Source: Octopus sinensis (taxonomy: Eukaryota). Taken from it: DNA of 64,000 nt. The stretch spans positions 73,904,001-73,968,000 of the forward strand of contig NC_042997.1 in NCBI RefSeq assembly GCF_006345805.1, in the 5' to 3' direction. Made by a program: the position numbers and the translations under genes. The stretch's first letter is position 1, and each line of letters begins with the position of its first letter. Shown here in pieces: positions 13,942-27,234 of the stretch. The notes beneath the pieces were generated by a model. The model saw only the letters and a list, made by a program, of their open reading frames with translations, had not been told where the DNA came from and searched no databases.

Positions 13942-14023
13942 CGTTCCTGATGAGAAGATTGCATCTTGCACCGTTTATTCCTTTGGAATGAAACCATGTT
14001 GTCTTCGAAACATATGTCGAGAG
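13942..14023 (+). ncRNA. Minimal type I hammerhead ribozyme (inverted pLTR copy)
   Basis: Same core and stems as 11811-11892 on the opposite strand; one stem I mismatch. Confidence 0.75.
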
Positions 14024-14229
14024 TAAAGGAATTTTGTTAACATCTTCGTTCAACTCTATTCATTTATTTATTCATATATAACACACAAATTTCTGCACAT
14101 GAACCCGGCGTTTCTACCCTTGGACAGGTCGCTTCAACCGTGTTTCTGACGTGAATTTACTACCCTGGTATCGGTTCATCGAATTTTCCATGTTGACGAT
14201 AAACATAGGATAATTCTTTCTCCTATCGA

Positions 14230-15776
<1,547 letters not shown>

Positions 15777-16229
15777 TATATATATATATATTAATATTTA
15801 TTTTAATATATATATATTATATATATGTATGTGTGTGTGTGTGTCTGTGTGTGTCTGTGTGTGTGTGTGTGTGTGTGTATGTGTGTAAGCGTGAGGGCAG
15901 GACAGAAACTAAAACAATATACTGTATTTTGGTTTTGATGTATATGTATAATTTATTTTTCTATGTTCGTATAGAGCTGGTTTCGTTTTGTTTATACTAG
16001 TCAAATTTAAAATATTTAGTTTTGAATTAATGTATATAATGTTCTAACATAAACGGATACGTATGTGTGTATGATTTGTATATTTATGTAAAGTGTACTA
16101 TATATTTATTGTTGTATTTAGGAATGGTCATTTTGCCAGTTTAGCCAATAAAAACACACGCACTATATATTTGGTGTTACTTTGCTTCAGCGTTATTTAT
16201 TTTTTACATTAATCTTAATCTTATTTTGG

Positions 16230-16269
16230 CCAGAGTTCTTTCGTCATACTTCTGTGACATCATCAGTGG
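16230..16269 (-). ncRNA. Possible variant minimal hammerhead ribozyme
   Basis: CCA-CUGAUGA-U-GUCA(CAGAAGUA)UGAC-GAAA-GAACUC-UGG: 3-bp stem I, extra U after A9, very short stem III. Confidence 0.45.
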
Positions 16270-16527
16270 TCCTTTGCTTTCTTCTTTCTTATTTGTGTGT
16301 CTCTCCTTACTAACGGTCAGCTATTTTGTATTTTGTATTCCTATTGTATGTGTCTTCATTTGCGCATGCATATACCTCTATGTGTGTCTATGTTAAGTTA
16401 GTGTGTGTGGGGGGAAGTGCCTGTACTATTTGTATCTCTTGTTTATATATGTTCGTAAAATTTGTTTTTGTTTATTTTTATTTTGTTCATGTGTTTAAAC
16501 CTACTTATTATTATTATTATTATTATT

Positions 16528-16968
16528 GAGTGAGAGAGCAGTGCATGCCATCAAAGTGGCACTGGGGTAAAATATACGAAGCCCAGGATACCCATCATGA
16601 CTACCCGTCTGATAAGGGTACACTAGGCACATGCATCACAACCATATATGCGCGACATGGTGATCTCATATCAAGATAAACAGCGCATGACCTTGCAGGT
16701 GGGGCCCAGTTAGAATTTTCTTCAGGTCGAGTAGCCCATCCTGCTCAAAAGGTCCCTGAATAAGGGTTGTTTAAGGATGTTGAAAGAACCACCCATGTTT
16801 CCAGATGTGAAATATCCAAACCTAAAGAATTCCTCTCAACACATGGCTATGATGCTCCCCCACTACTTCTGCTCGTGATCAGAGATGCACATATCGTCAG
16901 CCACTAAGGGACATGCTCAACTGACAAGCAAATCTGTGGTATTAAGCAGAATATTTGCTGTAGCCCAT
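16528..16968 (-). mobile_element. Non-autonomous SINE-like retroelement flanked by (TAA)n
   Basis: About 440 bp with no ORF and (TAA)n on both sides; its 3' ~165 bp recurs at 21990-22158. Confidence 0.7.
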
Positions 16969-16986
16969 ATTATTATTATTATTATT

Positions 16987-19900
16987 CTATGTTTGACTTT
17001 TGCTTTATATTTGTACAAGTTGGCTCCAAGTCTCACCCAGAGACCTCAAGAGACAACAGGGTTGGAAGTTCATGTTGTTGTTATGCCTAGTGTGCCATAT
17101 ATTTGGGGGTGGGGATGTTGTACTAATGAATGTCTAAAAAAAAATTTTTTTTTTTTTTTTTTTTAAACCGAAAATTATGTTTGTTTTAAACCTTGAGATT
17201 ACATAGAAAGTATTTTGCGTAGGATATGAGCAGTTCCCATGAGCACTATCTTTTGAATTTCTGCCATTTTTGGGGTTTCCTGGTATCTGAGTTAGGTAGC
17301 TATCAGCCCCTTTTGCTATCATTCCCAGGGCACCTATGACAACAGGTATTGTTTTAGTCTTCAGCTTCCACATTTTGCTGATTTCTATTTCAAGATCTTT
17401 ATATTTGCTCAGTTTTTGGTAGGTCTTGACAGATACGTTTATATCGATTGGGACAGTCATATCAATGAGGAGGCATGTTCTTTGTTTGAAGTCTTTCAAT
17501 ATGATGTCTGGCCTATTTGCATCTATCTTTCTGTCAGTTTGAATGGCGAAGTTCCAGAGGAGTGAGATGTGGTCATTTTCAAGCACTGGGGGTGGTTTGT
17601 GTTCCCACCAGTTTTTTTCATGGGGCAAATCCAGGTTTTTACAGATTACCCAGTGAATATATTGTGCAGCTCTATCGTGCCTGTTGAGATACTCTGTAGG
17701 CGCTAGAAGACTGCACTTGGAGACCACATGGTCAATGGTTTCATTTTGTTGCTTGCATACACGACACGTTGGACTGCTTCTGATCTTTAATATGTTGGCC
17801 TGGTAGTTTCTTGTTGGTAGGCATTGATCTTGAGCTGCTATGATAAACCCCTCTGTTTCAGATTTTAAGCCAGAGGCCATTAGCCATTGATGGGTCAGGG
17901 CTTTGTCAACATCTGCATTATTTGCTCTCTTTGGGTATTTGCCATAGAGAGGTTTTTCTTCCATTTATCATTCAGAATATCTAAGGCCGCAGATTTAGCA
18001 CGGGTTTTCATGCGCTTAGCTTTTTCTGTGCCTGTTTCTTGTATGTCTATCTCTAATTCCGAAATTTGTTGTATTCGGAATTCACTTAGATATTCCTTTG
18101 CCTGTTTTGTTACTGAGTATGATGCTTTCTTGTTTTCATGTTTTGAGACAAGTTTTAACATCCAGTCCTCAGAGTTTTTCAGGTAGGTATCTAGGCCAAT
18201 TGTAGCAATCTTCATTGTTATTGCCAGTTGTAAAAGTCCACGGCCTCCCTCTTTTCTTGGCAGATAAAGTCGTTCTGTATCTGCCTTAGGGTGGTGCATT
18301 CTATGCATTGTCAACAGTTTTCGTATTTTTCTGTCAAGATTACATATTTCAGTAATTGACCAGTTAACGATACTGAAACTGTAAGTCACGACTGGTATGG
18401 CTAATGCATTGATCGCTTCGATCCTGTTTCTCGCATTCAGCTCTGTCTTGAGTATTGCTCTTACTCTGCGATAGCATTCTCTCCTGATCCTTTCCTTCAT
18501 CTCTGAATGCCTTATTCCTTCTCCTTCAATTACCCCTAGATACTTGTAGTTCTCTGCTGGGTCTAATTCTTTTATGACATTCTGCTGGTCAAGGTTAACG
18601 TTAGATGTTTCTGTCATTTTTCCTTTGATAAAGGTAGCTTTTGCGCATTTATCGAGGCCAAATTGCATTCTGATGTCATCACTGAATTGTTTGACAATCG
18701 CTAGTAAGCCCTTGAGTTGTTGGTCATTTTTTGCAAAGAGCTTTAAATCATCCATGTAAATGAGATGATTTATATTTTTATCAAACATTTTATATCCGTA
18801 CTGCGCATCATTGAGCAGTTTTGAGAGAGGTATTAAGGCTAAACAGAAGAGGAGCGGTGATAGTGAGTCACCCTGGAAAATGCCACATGAAATTTTTACA
18901 TCACCAGCATTTAGAGATTCATTGTCACTGTTCAAAGTTAGTGTGGTTCTCCATGATCTCATACTTACAGACAAAAAGTTTCGCAGAGCAGGTGCTATCT
19001 TATACATTTCTAGGCATTTATTAATCCAGCTATGTGGTAGGCTATCAAAAGCCTTTTTATAGTCTATCCAGGCTATTGATAAGTTTTTGTGTCGTTTGTG
19101 ACAATCTTCTAAGATCATCTTATTGATGAGTAGTTGATCTTTACAACCGTAGGATCCACGTTTACATCCTTTCTGTTCATTAGGGAATATGCTGCTGTCT
19201 GTCAAAAAACTATAGGTATATTCCGTCAGGACAGATGTTAGTGTTTTATACATAGTTGTTAAGCAGGTTATGGGTCTATAGTTTTTGGGTTCATTTGTTT
19301 CTTCACTTTTTGGAAGCAGGAATGTTAACCCATTAACTAGCCAAGGAGGCATCCTACTAGGGTGTTGCAAAACATCATTGTAAAGTTCTGCTAGCAGTTC
19401 ATGGCTCTCTGGGAAGGCATTCAACCAAAAGTTAGGGATTTTATCCTTTCCTGGAGACTTCCATTTGCTTGACCTCCTGAGAGCAGATCTTATATCTTCT
19501 ACCTTGACACCCTCCCACTTTTGCTCTTCTAAGGAGTCCAGTTCTTTAGATATTCTATCAATCCAGAGGGCCTTTTCGCTGTGTGTTTTTTCTTCTGCCC
19601 AAATTTTATTCCAAAATCCCTGCACTTCTTCTTTTGATGGTACAGACTTTACAGTAACTGTTGTTTTTCCTATCTTCCGGTAAAAATGTTTGGGGTTATT
19701 TTTGAACATGTTGTTGTCCCTGTAGAATCTAATACGCTTTTCATACCTCGCTATGCGGGCAGCTTTAGCAGATACCTTTTGCTTGATGGTTTCTATGGTG
19801 GCATCAATATCAAGTATAGTTTTCATATTATATTTTTTCATTAGTTTTTGGGTTTTTTGCAGGTTTGGTAGTCTTATGAACCTTAAGGTTTTTCAAATAT

Positions 19901-21948
19901 TCAATGTCAGATCTAAATAGTTTAATTTGTTGTTGTAAACGCTCTTGCCAAGAAGGCTTTTTGTGGAAATGTTGCCGTTTTCTAATCTTTTCACCACATA
20001 GGATCATTGAGATTTTCGCGGATGCATAGTATAGGTGGTTGAGATCTGTGATATCAACATCATTAGCTGAAATTATATCCTTAAGTGCAAGCCGGATTTT
20101 ACCAATTATTTTCATGTTTTGGTTAGATTTGCGTATTTTAGGGAGTGTATCACGTTCATCCATACTGGTTTCTTTAATTTTCATCCATTCAATCATGATT
20201 TGACTTTTTAGCTCATGTAGTTCTGTCGGGTCAATATTTGTGTGACTTTCTTCATCTATTTGATGTTCATCTGTCTTAGTATTTATATTTGGTTCAGGGA
20301 GTATTTCACTTTGCCTATCACTTATACTAACTCTTTCAATCCTTACTTCGTTTGTATTAGCTCTGAGCTGGTCTATAATTATTTCCTCTGTATTATCTTC
20401 TTTAGCTGCAGCTTCGTTCATTCTATCCGTTACTGCTTGTCTAATTTGATCAATCTCTACTTCAGTCAGTAATTTTTTTTTTATAATGTTTCTTCTGGCG
20501 TTGGCAAGTTTGTTACTGTCTATGTAGGGTCTTACTTCAGGGTGTTTCTGTCTCCAGTTTATGTAGGTTTGTATAGTGTTCGATTTATCTGTGGGGAAAT
20601 ATATGGCATGATAGAAGGCTGCAAGAACTTCTTTATTATCTTCCCTAGTCCATTTTTCCTTCTTTTTCTTTTGAGTGTTTGGTGACGAGCATGGATGGCC
20701 ATCTGTTGGAATATTCCAGTTGCGGGGTACGTCCAGCTCCTGTGTGTCGGGAAGATTTGATCCAGTAGCTGATTTTTCAATCAGACTTTGGTTCAATTTG
20801 CGGGTACGTGATCTTTTGTAATCCGCGCAATGACAAATGCGGTTTATTGTTTGATTTGTTGACCTTGAAGCATGACGAGCTTCGACTCTTACATTAAGAG
20901 ACGGATCTGTCAGTTTAGGATTTTCTGCACGTAAACATTGTTCGTAGCGTAGTTTCCTAAGGCTAGCAGATCTGTATTCGTCTGTATTTTTTTTGTTGAT
21001 AGTTTTATCTCCGGGCATAGTTTTCCCTTCTTTTTATTTATTTATTCATTTATTTCTTTAAACTTATGAAAGGTTCACTCTCGCTGTATTAGTTCGAAAA
21101 AATGAGAATAAAATACGAGAAAAAAAAAAATAATAATAAACAAATATAAAATAAGAATTATCATCATCACTGTCATCACTGTCATCATCATCATCATCAT
21201 CAATGACATTGTTTTATGTGTAGTCACAGCGGTAGCTTATTATTATTATTATTCTCACTATCACCATCACCACGGTAGAGTGGTCATGTTCTATAAATAG
21301 ATTCATCAGATGGTGGACAAAGGACATTTTGGGTCAGGAAAAGGTCAAACCTGTTTACTAGTACCAGCGTTATCTTGAAAAGCAATCCAGCTATATATAT
21401 ATACCTATACACATATGTATATATATATGTATATTCACATACGCATATTTTCTGATATTCACTCGATGATTTTTTTTTCTTTTAATTTCTGAGTTCAATT
21501 GTGTTTGGAAAAAAAAAAAAATAAGATTTTTGCAAAGGGAAGAATGTTTACATTTTCGAATGCTCAGAAAATTTTTCTTTTCTTTTTAAAAGTTTAAAAT
21601 TTATGCTGTGGTTTACAGTTTTTGTAGTTGTGCAGTGTATATATATTGGTATACGCTTACTTCCATAGTTTTTTTATCGTGCATTTAATTGTGTTGTTAC
21701 AATAAAAGGCAAAGAAGGGACGGCAGACTGTTCACACAAAATTGGAGATATTTATGATTCTAAATTCTTTGTTATATGTTCGCTTGTATGTGCAAAGCTG
21801 TAGATATATAAGTTCCTTAGCTTACTTTGAGGGAAATTCAAATAACTCACAGAAAACAGTAGATCTTCCAGTTTTTCCGTTGTCACGCTGGGTTGGTCAG
21901 AGCAGCGAAAAACACGTCCAGCTTCTATCACGTCCAGCCGCCTTCCTC
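16987..21948 (-). mobile_element. Dong/R4-clade non-LTR retrotransposon, apparently full length
   Basis: Overlapping ORFs of 396, 648 and 276 aa. N-terminal KWT.E.N motif, RT (YRPITCL, DYKKAFDS, GIFQGDSLSP, YMDD), CCHC finger and REL nuclease (RPDI...IDMTVP...K..KY). (TAA)n at both ends, the known Dong target. Confidence 0.92.
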
Positions 21949-21989
<41 letters not shown>

Positions 21990-22158
21990 GAGTGAGAGAG
22001 CAGTGCATGCCATCAAAGTGACACTGGGGTAAAATATACGAAGCCCAATATACCCATCATGACTACCCGTCTGATAAAGGTACACCAGGCACATGCATCA
22101 CAACCATATGTGCGCGACATGGTGATCTCATATCAAGATAAACAGCACATGACCTTGA
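21990..22158 (-). mobile_element. 5'-truncated copy of the (TAA)n-flanked SINE-like element
   Basis: Near-identical to 16528-16695. Confidence 0.7.
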
Positions 22159-22635
22159 CGTGTTTGATTATTCTTGATAAACTTCGTGATAATTTTTTTT
22201 TAGCATTTTTTGCCTTGTCTTATTTTCCTTATACATATCAACTCGTGTGTTCCTTTTCAATCTTCTACATTTAAAGTTAAGAATTTACAAAATTTCAGTT
22301 AGATTATTTACTTATTTATGTAAGCATCTTTGTAAAGATTTAGAAATTATAAATATTTGCATTTGATATTTTTTGTCGAACATAGGTACGAACATACTTT
22401 AACGTGTTTGATTATTCTTGATAAACTTCGTATTATTAATGAAGCTGAAAAAAGTGTAATTTATGAGATGTGTCATTAGTATAGCATATTTAAATTGAAT
22501 TGAATTTATAATTGTTCAATTTATTGTTTTGTTTTTCCATTTCTGTTTCATATATATGCGTGTATATGTACATGTAGAGGTAGGTACGTACATATATGTT
22601 TATATATATGCATATATTTTATTAACATATATATA

Positions 22636-22693
<58 letters not shown>

Positions 22694-23003
22694 ATATATA
22701 TATATATAGTTACAAATTGAAATAGGGGTTGTAAATGCAACCCTCCATGGGATAACATATATCCAATATACTGCTAGTGAAGTACCCAACAAAGTTAATA
22801 CATAAATGTTAATGATTGCGATGCAATCAATTCATTTACTGTATTATATGGGCAAAGGTAACATGATTTACCACAAATTATACATAATATATATACATAC
22901 ATATACATACGTATATATATGTATATATGTATATATATATACACATATATATATATACATATATATATACATACATACATATATATTTTTAAACGTATAG
23001 ATA

Positions 23004-23066
<63 letters not shown>

Positions 23067-23249
23067 CCTTGTATATATACATATATATATACATATATAT
23101 ATATGCATATATATATATATATTATATATATATATAAATAAATATATATACATATATATATGCATATATATACATATATATACATATACACATATATATA
23201 CATATACACATATGGGGAATTACAACCGTGTTTCGTGGTCTGCTACCAC

Positions 23250-26200
23250 AACACCTCCTTTATAGGATCCAGTTAGCTCAAGACATCATCAGGAGAAACC
23301 ACGTCCGGTTTCGGCCCCTACTCCTCTACCGTTTTGACGTGGCGGGGCCCCCCTTTTCGGAGATGTCTGCAGCTCTGGTGTTGGGTGCATGTTTTCTTTC
23401 TTCTTCTTCCTTCTGTTCCCTGGCCTCTTCGACGTATCGTCAGCGAGTGTCAGCCCGTGACTGACTGACTTGTCCAAATTTTTCTTTCTTTAAATACCTG
23501 CCGCTAGGCTCCAGCAGGCATCCCCAGCAAGTTGTCACGTGACACTGTCTCACCTTAACTGACTAGTGAAGGCGCGTAGTCTTAGCCCGCGTATTCTCTA
23601 AAGGACCGTCACCTGTCAGTCAGCCAAGCTGATTCAGTGTCAACTTGTCTCACCTAGTGATGTTATTTTCCGCCAACATGTTTTGACTTTCAAGCCATTT
23701 TCGGTCTTCCCGCTTCAGCCATATATAGAAGCCGGCTTTTTCGACCGCGTCCTGTACTCTCCTTATTAGTTTTCGGAGCTCGGAGCTAGAAAAAATAAAT
23801 CTTTTGAAAAGCGTTGTCATTTTCCTTTCAATAAAGCCTCTAGCCCCCACTACCAAGTGATAATATTCGACATTCCATCCCTGTTCTCTGCATTCTTCGA
23901 TTAGCTTTTCGTACCTCTTCTCCTTTCGTTCCTCTGCATTACCGATGTTCTCTTCCCAAGGTACTGTCAGTTCTAGTAAAATTCCTATTCTCCGGACTCT
24001 GTTCCATAGGACTAAATCCGGTCTTTTCGTTGTTTTTATTAGTGGAAATATTACTTGTCTTTCCAAGTCCGTGGCCACCTCCCAGTATCCCTTCCATCTT
24101 TCGTCTATCTCGTACACTTTACTTGTAGGCCTGGTTTTATATCCTTTTCCCTCCTTGTGGAAGTATACTTTCCTGCGCTTTTCTACTTTTGGGTACTCTC
24201 CCCTATTGTATCTCTCGATCTTCTCCTTGAGTGCTGCGCTTATGACGCCGATGACTTGATTATGCCGCCATGTATATTTTTCTAGGGCTAGTCTGTAATT
24301 TGACAGAACATGTCTAACCGTCGCTTTCTCTCCGCATGTACACTCGTCGGTTGTTTTTATGTTCCACCGGACTAAGTTCGCCGGTGAGGGTAGAACGTCG
24401 AAGGTAGACTTGATCAGGAAGGATGTTCTTGTTTGTTCCCAAGCCCAAAGTTCCTTCCATGATATTCTGCGGCTGATCACATATTCCTCCCATCTTAGGC
24501 ACTGTCCCTGTTGACTGCATTGCACCAAATGTACATTTCGCCTTTCTTCTTCCTCCTTTCTCACTTCATATACTACTGCCTCTTTCATCTCTTTTATACT
24601 GCTCTTGCAAAATGGCCTGAAATTTTGCGACCCTAGGCCGGCTCTTGCTTCTTGCGACGTTCCGACTATACCTGCCTGCCTTAGTTTTCCGATCGCCCTG
24701 TTTACTGCCGTTTCCACCTTTCATTTCCTCCCTGTTCGTGCCTTTGGAGGGTTTTCGCGGATGCTCTGATCTTATGAATACCTTAGCATCATTAGTGCCC
24801 TTGCCTTTCCTGCCTTATATTCTTCGGCGATTGATGTTATTGGTAGTTGCAGCACGGGTTTTCCATATAGTGCAGTTGTATTCAGCGGTTTCGGCAGACC
24901 AAGCCATTTTCTGATAAACACACTGCATCTTTGTTCCATCCTTTCTGCTCTACTCAAGGCTATTTCGTACATTTCCAATGGCCACATTATTCTTGGGTAC
25001 AGCCCAAATTGCAGTATCCAACATTTGAATTTTCCCGGCAGCTTTGTTCTGTCAATTGCCTTTAATCCTTGTTCTACTAACTTGTGTGTTTCTTTCCTTT
25101 GCTTCTTATCATTTAATAAATCTCTATACCATCTGCCTAGACTCTTTACTGGTTGTTCTTTCACCGTTGCTATGTCTTCACCTCTTATCCTGAATTTCAC
25201 TTCTTCTTGCCTTCCTTTCACAAAAGCCACGCTTCGAGATTTTTTGGCTTTGAATTTCATTCTTGCCTATCCTATCAGTTCGTCCAACCGCTCTAACGTT
25301 CCTTCTGCTGCTTCTCTACTTTCCGATAATATAGTTACGTCGTCCATAAAAGCCCTTAATGGTGTCTTTGTAACAGCTTTCTCACAGTTTGTAGATCTAA
25401 GTAACATTTCCATGACTAGCACGAATAAGATGACAGATATCGTGCATCCGGCTGCAATACCTATTTTAAGCCGTTGCCACTCCGTTGTGAACTTTCCTGC
25501 TGTAAATCTCATCCTCAGGTTGTCGTAGTACGACATGAGCATTCTTTGAACATCTTTTGGAATCCTAAAGAAGTCCATCGCTATTTTTATTATTGCGTGC
25601 GGAACAGATCCATAAGCATTGGCAAGATCTAGCCAAACAATATTTAGGTTTTCCTTCATTTGTTTTGCACAGGTGATGGCTTTAGTAGTGAAATTGGTCT
25701 AAATTGACCTGGAGTTTTTGCCTATTTTTCTTTACTTTTTCTATACCTTCAGCTACACACCATCACTCCGCTACATCTTTCTTCTTCCACATTTCTCTTA
25801 TCAGTGCAAACAGCTGCAAACGTAATTTAGGGCAATATTTATATACCTTGTAGCTCACTCCATCGTTCCCTGGTGAACTTTTTGCTCTTGCTTTTCTTAT
25901 GAACTCATCCATTTCTTTCCGTTTGATGTTACTCAAATCAAATGATACTCTTGGTTCAGGTGGTTTCTTCAGTCCGTGCATTTCTGGGAGTACTTCATTT
26001 CTGTCAGATCTCTGTATGTCTCTTTCAGATGTTGTTCGAGCTCTTCTTTCGTGCAATCCAATTTTCTGCTTTTACTTTCAGTAAATAAATGTTTCGCATA
26101 TTGATAGGGATTGTTCACAAAGCTACGATATTTTTTTCTTTCTTCCTTCTTTGTTTTCTTAGCAGATCTCGATGCCTCTTTTTTATCTCTTCATACAGCT

Positions 26201-26880
26201 GCTTTAGCTCCTCTCTTTCCTCCTCCTTTGCATCCCTCCATCTGGTTCTGAGTTTTTTCTTCTCTTCTCAAATCTTTGCGATCTGTCTTTCTCTCCTCGA
26301 TGGTCCGCTCTTTGCCGTTGATTCTACCTTCCCTGTTGTTTCCAGTCCAAATATTTTCTCTCCTTCCTGGTAGATTGTATTAGCCAGGTTTTCGAGCTTT
26401 TGTTTGTCGTCGCCTTTGAATTTGGTGGTCATTCTTGCTACCTTGTTGTCAAATATTTATAACTCGCCGCGTCATTTGCTTTCGGCCACTTAATCTTTGT
26501 CCTCTTCACGCCTATCAGTCTTTTTGACTGTTCCAATTCAACTGTGGAATGAACCTCGCTATGGTTATTTTCCAGGGGGTTCTGGCCACACGTCTTATGG
26601 TTTATCAACCCGCGTTGTTAAAGTACTTTCTTCTGACACATCTTCGTTTGGTGGATTCTCAGCCCGATGCAACTAGCAAACACCTTTCCGCAGCAGCTGA
26701 ACTCTTCATCTACCATTTCTATACCGTTTCCTTTCTCATTGTCTATTTCCGGTCCGAGTCGATTTCGGGTTTTTTCCGTTCTTATTTGATCCTTTATTCT
26801 CCCCCCGTGGTCCGGGATCATGAGGGCATGATTTCCCATTCTTTTTTGTTACAATTTTACCCCGGACCAGGCTGTTGTAC
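23250..26880 (-). mobile_element. HERO-like (REL-endonuclease) non-LTR retrotransposon, decayed
   Basis: N-terminal C.CGK...[10 protein letters not shown] finger, RT (WLDLANAYGSVPH, GIAAGCTIS, FMDD), YTWRHNQV, RPDLVLW...ELTVPWEE...KRY; many frameshifts. The 3' boundary is approximate. Confidence 0.82.
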
Positions 26881-26899
26881 TGTCGTACATATACATACA

Positions 26900-26938
<39 letters not shown>

Positions 26939-27082
26939 ATATATATAGGTATATATATATACATATATATAGGTATATATACATATGCATATATATATAC
27001 ATATATATACATATATATAGATATAAAGGTATATATATACATATATACATATGCATATATATATATATACATACATATATAT

Positions 27083-27138
<56 letters not shown>

Positions 27139-27170
27139 TAATATATTATATGTACACATATATATATATA

Positions 27171-27224
<54 letters not shown>

Positions 27225-27234
27225 ATTAAATAAT

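Larger units (their letters stand above)
11780..14065 (-). mobile_element. Penelope-like element (Naiad-like), 5'-truncated, with inverted pLTRs
   Basis: RT motifs FDVLMGSTDSAQIADLVG, GLYRDD, NFLDITLNL, SNH; GIY-YIG SIY...YIGASTS...NHYSTF. 11780-12005 recurs inverted at ~13820-14065. Confidence 0.88.

Noticed and set aside
21850-21948. HDV-like ribozyme at the Dong 5' end
   Set aside because: I could not build the P1/P3/L3 pseudoknot by eye; needs an RNAMotif or Infernal search.
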